Positions 48,761-60,000 of a stretch of DNA of 60,000 nt are shown here, piece after piece (position 1 is the first letter of the stretch; each line of letters opens with the position of its first letter). Source of the stretch: Camelus ferus (Eukaryota). Both the position numbers and the translations under genes were made by a program. The stretch is taken from NCBI RefSeq assembly GCF_009834535.1, contig NC_045697.1, forward strand, positions 12,588,001-12,648,000, read 5' to 3'. Under the pieces are notes generated by a model. It saw only the letters and a program-made list of their open reading frames with translations, made no database searches and was not told where the DNA came from.

Positions 48761-51029
48761 GTCCCAATAACAATGGGATCCTGTTTGAGATCTGCATTTT
48801 CAAAGGAATATGAATATTGGTTTCTTGAGCTTTCCCTGCTCTATCAGGAACTATAAGACTCTGAAGGAACAGCGATTATAGTTTATGACGTAACTGCTTG
48901 ACTTTGTCTCTTATTCTCACACCTTGTTCAGGCACTCCGCATTCCTGCTGAACATCCACGTGCGGGATGTTTCTTTGGAGTATCATTTACCACTTGTCCA
49001 AGGGCTTCTCTGATTACAAAGAGTGACTCGGAGTAGTGGAAAAGAATCCAGTGACAGGAATCTAGTCCTGCTCCTACCACCTGGAATTGTGGACGACTGA
49101 GGTTGGAGGTCAAGGTGAGTTTATCTGAATGATATAACTATGTAAAATCACATAGGACTATACCAAAGGATACTTTGTTGATAATTATTCATTAAAAGTT
49201 TGATAAACATAAGCATTTATTACATTATTCTGCATACTCCTCTACATTTTTATTGTGTAAAATGATGTGTATATTTAATTATGATACTTGTTATAGAGTC
49301 TACGTTTGGACTTTACCAAGTTAAAAAAAAGCAAAAATAAAAACAAACAAAAAAACACCCTCTAATGCTTTTTTCCCCTACCATCATGGCATAAAGGAGA
49401 GGATATTTTAACACTAATAAAATACAGAGAACATAATTTCAGAATTAAGATGACTCATTTAGTTTCTGAAAGTCTCACTTTATTCTCTGTATTTTCTGCT
49501 TCTTTTCCTTGATGTGGTGAGAACTTTGTCATAGGTCTATATGTCTACTCCCTGGCATCTGGGACCCACTGAAGTGACCAATGCTAAGCTTACCTGCACT
49601 CTTCTCTTGTGTCTCTGAAACATATGGGCAAAACAAAGAGAATTTAACTTGAGCTCTTCAAGGAAAGTATCACTATAATTTGACCTGAATTCTGTTTTGT
49701 GTTCACACAGAACTTAATTATTTGTCCATTGACAAATAATTCAAGATTTCTGCCTCAGTTCTCCACCTCCTCTCAAGTTCGGTGCATCAATCACAAATGA
49801 GGAAGTCTATGTATAAATATGACCAACACAACCAGACTGAGTAGAAGTAGGTAGTGAATCCATGCACTCAGTGGCCCAGGGATTTGTTGAAGGAAGGATA
49901 ACATTAGGGTCAGCTCTGTTGGCCTCTCTCATGGCATAAAGTGTTTAGTTTATTAACTTTCTGCAAGATTGCATCTCTCCACTATAACCTGATCTTTCTG
50001 ATTGTTCATGACCTGGGGTAGCAGGTTTTGCTCAGCTGGGGATTCTCTGTTGTGAACTTCTTTCCCTCGTCATCCATCACAGCTTGGGCTTGGCAGTTAC
50101 TAGGAGGCATGGCATGAAGCAGTGACTCCCTGTGATTCAATGGGAAACGTGGGGCTTTGTAATGAACAAAGCAGGAGATCTGGTGGTGGCTCTGAGATCT
50201 GTGGAGATTTATTGTTGTGAGTTAGTGGTGTCAAGTTTGGCTCTGTTGCCATAGTGTTTGGCTACTTGGATTGTTTGTTTTAGCTTTTGTAAATGTGCCC
50301 AGATATGGGATGTGCGTTCGGTCAGCTGAAAGGAGGCTGAAGAAGCAGGGTGAAAAGAGGAAACAATTACACTCTGGTTTGAGTCAGAATCCCGAGGTAT
50401 TTTCTATAAACTTGGGTGCATATAAATGTGCTCCTCGGCTTCCTTTTCAGAAATGAATTTCTGCTTTCATCTCACGGTAATCAATATTTGCAGCCCTGAT
50501 CCCTGCAATCAAACATGGAACTCAGATTAATAGTCAAAGTAACAATATTTAAACAGGAAATTTGAACTTGATCTATGGATTACAGTCTTTACCCTTCAAA
50601 CAAGACCAGGTTTATATAATCAGCCTTCATAATATTTTTTTGCCAGTGTCTGACATTTTCCCCTGGTTTTGGCCTTTTCATTTTCAATGTGATGTTCTGA
50701 GAAAAAATTATTACCCTGTAAGTGACATTTTTTCCCCATTTCTTCTCCTAAAACTTGTAAAAGATGGCTTTCTCTTCAGTTTTCTAACCAGAAACCCAAT
50801 GGCTGTATCTGCGTGGATCTAGTGAAATAAGTGGGGCCTTCCTGCACTTCTGTGAGCCCTGACTTTTCCTAACTAATTGCCTGAAATCCTATGTGAAACG
50901 CTTCAAAATCCTGACTTCTCAGTTTTCCCAAAGAACAAATTTGAGCAAACCAGGAAGACCAAATTAAGTGTCCTGACATAGGTGGCTGGTGTAGGTCTTC
51001 GTTTATTTGTCCATTCACGCATGCGTTTA

Positions 51030-51385
51030 TTCTTTCATTCCTGCTTTCATGTATTTCATAATGCATACATTCATTTGTTCACTCAATATTCATTATGCAA
51101 TGAACGAAAATTGAATGGCACTTACTTGCCAGGCACGAGGCAAAGGTGGTAAAGTGAGAGAATTAGAGATAAATAAGGCTTACCTTGAAGGAGCACACCG
51201 TGTAACTGGAGGAAAGACATAAGCCCACCGAGTAACAGTGTGGTGAATGACATGCCCTAACAGAGACAGGAATGAAGTGTTACGAGCTCTGAAAAAGAAG
51301 TGGTTCACTTTGACTCGTGTGTTGGTGAAGACAGCTGGAAAAGGCTTCAAGGAAGGGATGGACCTCCAGCTTGAAATTAAAGATG
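51030..51385 (-). mobile_element. L2 3' end
   Basis: cattcatttgttcactcaatattc...tgccaggcac...ggaaaaggcttcaaggaagggatg. Confidence 0.6.
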
Positions 51386-52344
51386 ACTTTCTCTTGTCTG
51401 GGAGACAAACAAGTTGTGAGGAATTTCAGGTGACAGTAACAGAGGGGCAAAGGCTATGGTTTCTAATAAAAACTGACTGGATTTAGAAATTTTACAAGTT
51501 GAGGTTCACTCATGTTCCTTTTAGTTTTTATTTAAATGATGCCAAATAACTGGCTACACTGAATATTTCAGTGATCCCCTGATTGCCTTGGTACATAGAG
51601 CCATGGGGAGCTAAGTGATCTACTTCTATCTATTTTTCAAATCTTAGATTCCCAGTGAAACTGAAAATATCCAAGTTTTCCGACTTATAGGCTCCATATG
51701 CTACTTAGCATTCTCATTGTTTTGCAGGTTAATAATAGACACTGAAAGTTTTGGCTTGCAGTAGATCGAAATACATACCAAAAGTTAGCTTTAACATAAT
51801 GTGTTTCTTTAAACGCTTAATATTTGCATTGCTTCACAAATCAATGAAATACTGATGCTCCTAACACCATATCCCAGATGATCTCCTTATTGCCCATCTG
51901 GAACTGCTTCCTAGACATCTCCCCAGAAATGTGCCACAGAAACCACGAGTTTTCAAAGCTAAATAGTGCATCTTCTCTTTTCTATCTTAAAAGTCACCAC
52001 TGGTAATGCATGGCAGAAACACCAGAGTTACTCTGATGTAGCCTGTGTGGATCTTCATTTATTTATTTATTCATGCATGCATTTATTGTTTCATTCTTGC
52101 TCTCTTTTCTCCTTGGCCACTCCATGCTACCATGCACGTTGTGTCTTATCCAGTGTAATCACATGTAATGCTATGGTCCCTCTACCTCTAGTCTCAACCG
52201 ACTCTAATTTACCTTTCATGTTGTACTCCAGATGCAAATTTGGTGATGTCATTGTCTTCACTGAAAGCCTGCAAGGGCTCACAGTTGTGTATAGTGGGAG
52301 AGGTTAATGAGTATCCAGAAAAGGTAGCTCAATGAGGGAAAGAA

Positions 52345-52386
52345 GGAAGGAAGGAAGGAAGGAAGGAAGGAAGGAAGGAAGGAAGG
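52345..52386. repeat. (GGAA)n microsatellite, about 10 units
   Basis: Perfect tetranucleotide run. Confidence 0.95.
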
Positions 52387-55300
52387 TGAATGTATGTGAG
52401 AAGGGGGACACTTCTGTGCCATGATAAAATGAGTTAGGAAGTATTAGGTTGAACTATGTTAAATGTTAAACAGATTTTTTTTTTCCTCTGAGATTTGTCT
52501 GAGTCCTTAACATCTAGTACACTTTGAATCTCAAAAATTGAGAAACATAGCACTCACAATTTCCCAAGTTTATTTGACCACGAACTTATATTTCTGAGGA
52601 ACACTGATTAATATCTCGTGGGGCACTGGTGTTTTGGAGAAGCTCCTGCACCACAGTAATTCCGTGTTAAGATATTTAGGGCCCTTCTTATTCTGCCACA
52701 ATCTCTGAATCTTTAAATATTAACATTTTGAGTTGCCAGTCAACTTGCTAATCCCCCCAAACACTGTTTCTTTCTTTCTGGTCTCTTCATTTCTCTTCTT
52801 TTTCTCCCGGGAAATAGACCTAAAGTACCTCCTCTGTGATTCCTCCGTGACACCCTCAAAAAGATTTTTCTCAGCCACTTCTTCGTTTGACCCATATGTT
52901 GTCTGTACTTCTATGAGAAAACACGAAATGGGAACCAATATTTTGTTTCTGAGCAATCGTTTATTGTTCATCTTGTGTCCCCTCAGACTATAAATGCAAT
53001 GCTTCTGACATTTTAGTGTGAACAATTGCAAAATCTATGATCATCTTTTTCTGGATATTGCTCATTGACTTGAACACGAGAAGATGCCACTGGATTCCTC
53101 AGGGATACGAAACTTGTATGTGAGGAATTTTTGAACTAAAGTATCTTCTAAACCAGCTCGTATTCTGTCCTGTACATTTAACTTTAGCGTAGAAGTTCCT
53201 CTGGGAGGAAGAGGGGAGTGTCTAGCTTAACATTCGCTAAGACCAGTTCCAGAGAAGATAAGTTTCTATATGGTCCAAACATTTGTGACTTTTGGACTCT
53301 GATTTTGCACTGTTTACTCCAAAAATCAGAGCCAAACCTATTTTTATCTCTGTTGTTAAGGTATTCTGGAGATGGTTGAAATTGAAGATCTTTTAATGAA
53401 ATAATATCAGAAGCATTACTGTTATAATTGACCCTGAAAGTTACCCTATCCCAAATCTTTTATTCAAAGTTAAAAAATAGGTTTAAGTCATTAAAAAAAA
53501 ATCTGCATCAAATTGTGCTATTTAGTTATTTAATTCTTACTTTTGGGGAGCCTGATGATGGATCTAGGTCTTGTTAACTTTAATGAAGTCCAATCTCAAA
53601 TCTCATCTCAAAAGGAATCAAGTGAATTTTCTGCTCCAGTCTTTGGCAGAGCTTCTCTGCCTCCATTTTCTCTTTTGTCAGATGAGTGTTACCAATAAAC
53701 TGTAAAGAAGTTCCTAGAAAAATATTGTTATTAATTTAATGTACACTTATTAGTCACTTAGATAATGGGAAAGTTTGGATACAGATTCAATTATCAAGTC
53801 CCCCCTAATTTTCAACAGCATCTGAATCAAGAATGGTCCATTAATTACCTACATTGTCAGGGGAGTGACTTGGAATACTTTGGAACAAAAAGAGTATTCA
53901 TTAGTGGAAAAAGAAAATGGAAGGAGCTTGAGTTCTTCATTTCTTGGTTCCACGCCAACTTTGAAAATGGTCTAGCTGCAACCTTAGCAATGGATTCCTG
54001 TAATTGCAGAGGATTCAATAATGTGTTTAGAATGCCAGGATATGGCTTTCATTATCACCCACAAATGCAGCTTCTGGTTGGACTTCTGCTGCAGGGCACC
54101 CTTTCTTGTGCTAGGAAAATTTGTACATCTTGAACTTACTTTCTGACTTAATTTCTTCATAACTGGGCCCAAACCCAGGGCTAACAGGGAAGCAGAAACA
54201 GTTGTCTCCCTTTGGCCTATGCTGTGCAGCCATCTCCTTTGGGAACCCAGAGCCTCCCATGCAACCACAGGCACTTACTTTGGCCTATGGTGATGGAGAC
54301 TCTTTCCAATATGTGGTGCTTTCTGGAATGGTTTCTGGAATGCTGAAGTTCTTGAAATCATCCAGCTCATGCCATATGCTTTGATTTACAAAAATTCTTC
54401 AACAAGCTCCTTTATTCTACCAATCTTTGACTCATTCATCAAATAATTATTGAGTGTTCCAATGTGTCAGGACACAGTGAGTACTGAGACATGCCCCCGA
54501 CTCTAAGATATTTAAGTGTAGGAAACAGGCAAGTAAAAACCTTGGTACAACAACTGCCGTTCTCTTTGGTACTGCCTAGCTGTGTCACCCAGTTTGTGGT
54601 TGGGTAAACTGAGGAACAGGCAGCATTGTTAGCCAAGTACTAGTAAGTACTAGAATTTAAAATATGGCGGCCTGGTTATAGCGCACAGGATCTTACTGAG
54701 TCATAAACTTATTCCAGTTAATGCAGTCATAGCATTGTTTTGAGGAATAAATGAAATAACCCATATAAAGTTGCATAGCACTTGTCATATCCTAAGTGCC
54801 CAGCTAAATGTTAACTGACATTATTGTGATTTTAATTATTAGCATCCTATCACCTGATGCTGGAAGGGCATAGAGGTTAAGAATACTCTGTGCCATCCAG
54901 ACTGCAATCAATGCTAACTTGAATACTAAAAATACGTGAGACATTTGTCAGGGTACGTAACTCCTTCACACTTCAGTTTCTTGGAAAACTGAGATTACAG
55001 AGGTAGCTGTCAGTAGAAAGTAACCTTCAAGGGAACAGTGATATTCTGTAACTCAGCTAATAGACCTCTGCCAGCCACAGACTAGGGGCTTAAGAAATAT
55101 TTGTTGAAAGAATGAATGAAAATCTCCTAGAATTATTCTAAAATCTAAATAAGTTAATAAATATAAAGTATTCAGGAAAAATGCCTGGAATAATATAAGT
55201 ATTTAATGTTAGCTTGATTTTATTCCTATTATTTCTATTACTGTTGTTATTATTATCAAATGCCACTTCCCTCATGAAGCCCTCACTGATTATCTCTTTC

Positions 55301-56953
55301 TTCTCTGGACATTTAAATGTATTTTCTTGGACCCATCTTAAGACACAGCTTCTTTTTTGAGTTGTAATTCTTCACATATTTTACCTCCTCTAGAAGTCTG
55401 AAAACTGAGAAGAGACATTGCTTATACATCTTTGTGGCTAGCGCTCCGTGTTGGTGAGCTGCTGCTCTGACAGCTCAGCCTTTAGTTCTTGCTTAATTAT
55501 GCTCCTCTATTTTTGTACTAAAGTTTTGTTTGTTTCTTAAGTCATGTACGAAGTCAGTAGAGAGAAAAAAACCGAGTTAGATCTGTGACATCATGGCTTT
55601 CCAGGGACGACATTAGACAATGACCAGCCACGTTCCTCTCTGCTCATATGGCACCTTCCTCCTCCAGGTACTGCTCAGAGGTGTCTGATGGAGGAAGGAA
55701 GGGTTGAATGGGAGATGAAATATGCTTACTTTCCTTAATTTATAATGACCTAGGGTGGACACTGAAGTATTTCCTGAAAGCAGATACTATTTAAAGGGAG
55801 AATGCAAAAAATGACTCTCTCAAATAACAGCTGTATGTATACACAGCTTTAGAGCTACACACAGCATTTTTGGATGGTCTGCGCGTAGGTGAAGATGTGG
55901 AATGACACAGGAGAGGTTAAATCTAAGCGAGAGGTGTTCAGAGATGGGAGAGAGTTCATTCCCTTAGGGTGCAGGATGTGATTAGCATAAGACATTAAGA
56001 GTCTCCTGTTTAATGGATGCCATTTGAAAATGAATATCTTAGTAAGTAATTCCCAAAGGAATGCTTGTACCACATGTAGATGGTAGCAATGACTGTGTGG
56101 AGGCCAGTTGCTCCAGAAAGTTACTCTATTAGTTTATCTACATTTTCTTATTCATCATCTCAACAAAGATAGATAAACAACATAGCAACAACTCCTCTTT
56201 GGGGAGTTTCAGAGAGTGATGATAGGGAGATGGTTGGGAGTAAGAGACATGTAGGAACATTTGAGTCCATGTAGGTTACACCAGTTACACCCCCTGTGTG
56301 AAGAAAGGCTAACCCATAACTGACACTATTATTTTATTGGCATCATGACTTCATATGCTTGAAAGTACCTCATACAAAAATGGTGCTCAATAAAGCTTGA
56401 CTGAATAAAAGTGGCATGGGAGACTAAGGTTAATTATTGGATGTTCCAAATGAAATAATGATATTGATACTGTACGTTTGTTGGACTCACCAGACTAGAT
56501 ATGGATAATAATTCCTTACATTTGCTTAGTGCGTTAAAGCTAGCAACTCAATTTCAGAAATGTCATTTGCATTACCTCATTTAATGAATGATTTTATATT
56601 GACTTTACTTCACTACCAAAGCCTTCACTCTTCTAAAATAGGACATGCTGGCCCTTACTCCCGAAGTAGCATGATTTGACATAGAACTGTGTTTTGACAG
56701 AAAATGAGTTAACAGTGTGCACAGCACTGCTATTCTCAGTTTTATAGCGTGTGCACTACTCAGAGATGGTAGTCTCTGTTGGCTGAGTCGTGCGTCCTGG
56801 CTCAAGGATGCATTTTCCAAGGGGGGGGGGTACTTTTTTTTGATGTGGGTACATCTGAGTTGCATCTGATCAATTATGGGGGATACTTTTTCTAATTTGT
56901 TTGCCTAACATGAGTTAGTATCAGCTTGGGGTACACATATGTAGACATACTGT

Positions 56954-57552
56954 TGTGGTAGCCAACCTTCCAAAATGGCTCCAGATGATAGCCACCTCCC
57001 AGTCACCACGACCTTGCACAGTACCCTCCCCTTGAGCTGGACATGGCTTTAGATGGCAAAGCTGACTTGCTTAAATGAATGAATATACCAAAGTGATGGG
57101 CTATCAGTTCCTAGATTCAAGTGCAAAAAGCTGTGACTTTCGCTAGCACTCTCTCTCTCACTCTCTCTCTGGCTGGTACTACTTCTCCTGCTCTCTTACT
57201 TGCTCACTCTGGAGAAGTCAACTTCTATATGGAGAGGCCAAATTGGCAAGAGACTGAAGGTGACCTCTGACCAACAACCAGTGAGGAACTGAGTCCATTA
57301 GTCTAATAGCCCCTGAGAACTAAACCCTGCCAACAACTATCAGGAGAGCTTGGAAGTGTATATTCCTTCAGTTGAGCCTTGAGATGAATGAGTACTGGAT
57401 GACACTTGATTCCAGTCTTTTGAGAGACTCTGAGCTGGGTGAGCCAGCTAAGCCATGCCTGAATCTCTGACATTTGGCAACTCTAGGATGTGTGCCGTCG
57501 ATGCTGCTAAATTTTGGAGTCACATATTATGCAGCGGTGGACAAGTAGCACA
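56954..57552 (+). mobile_element. MLT1F/G-like solo LTR
   Basis: tgtggtagccaaccttccaaaatggctcc...ggagaggccaaattggcaag...gctaaattttggag...ttatgcagc...gcaca. Confidence 0.8.
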
Positions 57553-58689
57553 CATTACAGAGTGGCTCTTTGACTGCTCACCTATTCTTTCCTCCTCAAA
57601 TGTTGCTTAGGTTGTAGACTCATCCCTGTGTATCAGTCTTTATGTCCAGGGATTTTAGGGTACTCTGACTAGCAGTGTGTGTTGCATGCCCACCTTTATC
57701 CATACAATGACAGGGAAACAGGATTTAGAGAATCACATAGAGTTGGGGAAAAGGATTTCTCAAAGAGAGAGGCAGCCAGACAGAGAGTAACAGGTGACCA
57801 TACAAGAGGCAGGGTTGGCAAGTAGAGCATTCTCGGGATTTCATACAAAGACTGTCATACTTGGCTTGCCCACCCATAGAATCCCTGAGCAACTACCTAG
57901 AAGGTCTATTGACACAGGATCCCTTTCAGGGATGAAACAATTAAGATGTCTCTCTGCTCAAGTAAATGATAATTAACTTAAGGGCAAATGTAGACTCTGG
58001 GTCCAACACACAAATGTATGTGTATATGCTTTCATGACTAAGCACATTGAATAGCAACAGGAGAAAGAGATACTAGTCAGAACATCCCTTTGAGGACTGA
58101 CATTAAGGAGCACAATCAGTTCTTCCATTCTTCTTGACAAGTCCTTTAGAAAGTGCCACTGTTGATAGATGGACCCTGGGCTCCATAGACTGACTCAGGG
58201 CAACATATGTCCCAAGTCATCATTCCCACACTGTAGATACCAAAATATTTTACTCTAAGAATCACACACACAGAAGCTAGACTGATTAAAATCCAGACTG
58301 AAATTCACGTAAACCGGGTCAGATGGCAGTTCTTGGTGTTACTTTGGTGAGCTCAGGTGGAAAATGGTTCAAGTCAGTAAAAAATATTGAATTAAACTGA
58401 ATTGAACATCTGATTGATTAAGAGCTTACCCCATGGAGAGGAAAGACCACAGGATTTGGGTCAGCAGTCCAGGCTTTATGAGCATTAAGTAATTAAGTGG
58501 TCAGCGGTAGGCACTACGATCTGATGTGGTTGGGCATTCACTCAGTAAAATGATACTTGCAGCACTCAAAAATAACAGCCCTGAAGGAAACCTTGTGAAT
58601 TTTTATAATAACAAAGAAGAGATGTATGATTTCTAAAAGTAATTTTATGCAATACCATTCTTAGAAAGATATACATAGTCATTAGGAGC

Positions 58690-59085
58690 AGAAGTCTTAG
58701 GGACAAAGGTCTCATTCAAACCTGGCTTCACCTCTTACTAACTATGTGGCTTTGGGCAAGTTAATCTAACTCTTTGCCTCAGTTTCCTCATTTGTCAAAT
58801 AAGTATATCTACTAATAGTACCTAACTCATGAGGTTGCAATATGGATTATAACAGCTACAGGGATATAAAATGGAGAAGCGGATTAATTTAGTGATTGTG
58901 CCCATGAACTCGGGAGCCAGATTACCAAGATTTGAAGGTCAGCCCCACTACGTCCTAGATGTTTGCTAGTGAGATAACCTTGCATATTGTTGAATCTCTC
59001 TGTGTTTCAATTTCCCACCTATTAAGTGAGATGATAGTAATTGTACCTATGAAGTTAGGTGGTAGTGAGAACTGACTTGTTCATT
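58690..59085 (+). mobile_element. Two tandem MIR SINE fragments
   Basis: ctttgggcaagttaatctaactctttgcctcagtttcctcatttgtcaaat, then tgaatctctctgtgtttcaatttcccacctat. Confidence 0.75.
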
Positions 59086-59159
59086 TAAAGAAAAATATGG
59101 ATTGGGCTTCGATTTGAATCCAGCCACCATTGTAGGTGTTATCAATATGCTAAAAAATA

Positions 59160-59750
59160 AAAAAGTCATTGCCTTTATATTTACGTTCTAGTAGAATGAG
59201 AGAAAACAAATAAACATTTTAAGAAGGGGAAGGGGATTAGGACTATCAGGCCTGGAGAATAGGAGTGGGGGATGCCAGAGAAGGGAGGAGAATTGGGAGT
59301 TCTAAGAAGAGGGTTGGCATCTACTGTAGCTGCAGTAAATAGGGTGTTCAGAGTTGGCCTCATTAACATGGGATACATGAGCAAAGACTTGAAAGACATG
59401 AAGGGGTTATCTATGCAGATACCACCCAAGCAAAAGGCCCAGACAGACCGAAGCACCGAGCTGGGAGCATGCCTGGCAAACCTGCAGGACAGCAAGAATC
59501 CAATGTGGCTGAAGCAGAGAAGCATCGGAGAAGAGAAGCAGCAAGTGGGAGGAGGTGGCTAATGGGGGTTCCTGATGTTGCAGAGCTTTGTGGGTGACTG
59601 CTAGGGTCCTGGCTTCATGTCTGAGGAAAATGGGCTATCCCAGGATTCTAAGCAGAGAAGTGACATTATCTAATTTATGTTTTAAGAAGATCACTCTGGC
59701 TGTTGTGATGAGGACAGATGTAGAGAGACTAGCATAAAAGTGGGGAGGCT
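59160..59750 (-). mobile_element. L2 LINE fragment
   Basis: gagcaaagacttgaaagac...aagaatccaatgtggctgaagcagag...taagcagagaagtgacattatctaatttatgttttaagaagatcactctggctg. Confidence 0.85.
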
Positions 59751-60000
59751 TGTGTTCCTCAGCATTTCCCAGCATCCCTTTCAGCTAACCTTACCAGGTG
59801 ACTGAGCTCCAGCCAGTGCAGTGTGACCGCAGATGATTATGTCACCTCCTGTAGAGGCCCTGAGGCCCTAGGAATTATAGACCCACGAGATGGAAGGTGG
59901 AAATCTGGGGGTTTTATAGTAGAGCTGGGAGGAGAGTATCCCAGAAGAACCACCAGATTAGGGGACATCTGCTTTGAGCTTTGCATGAGATAAACATAAA

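Noticed and set aside
52720..53031. Charged 103-aa minus-strand ORF
   Set aside because: Non-ATG start, no recognisable homology, partly caused by a pyrimidine-rich tract.
56217..56323. GTGATGA...CTGA spaced like a C/D snoRNA
   Set aside because: No convincing terminal stem or rRNA antisense element; the motifs are frequent by chance.
56821..56892. G11 run and short repeat ggggg(a)tacttttt
   Set aside because: Too short and low-complexity to imply function.
1..60000. CRISPR array, operon or prokaryotic-type system
   Set aside because: The DNA is mammalian and repeat-rich, with no regularly spaced repeats or long coding ORFs.

Overview
This is a 60 kb stretch of mammalian intergenic or intronic DNA. 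It is most likely camelid (camel, alpaca or llama), judged from a Vic-1-type tRNA-derived SINE and lineage-specific L1 3' ends. I recognise no host protein-coding exon, RNA gene or CpG island. The only real protein homologies in the ORF track are LINE-1 ORF1/ORF2 fragments. The window is a layered mosaic of ancient repeats (MIR, L2, L3, old L1M, MLT/MER67/LTR16 LTRs, MER44, MER20, MER53) and younger L1 and ERV insertions, several with readable target-site duplications (TSDs). The most unusual structure is a 3.1 kb composite insertion at 8301-11446, bounded by a perfect 18-bp TSD. It joins an L1 5'UTR plus ORF1, inverted ORF2 pieces, an L1 3'UTR fragment, an older L1M 3' end and an A-rich tail, so it is a candidate half-L1 (HAL1)-like or transduction chimera. 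Other points of interest are a twin-primed L1 inversion, an inverted pair of young L1s, a palindromic MER53 (the miR-1302 source family), several candidate + strand non-coding exons and some motif-dense unique segments. Repeat family names are from recognition by eye, not a database search, and ancient-repeat boundaries are approximate.
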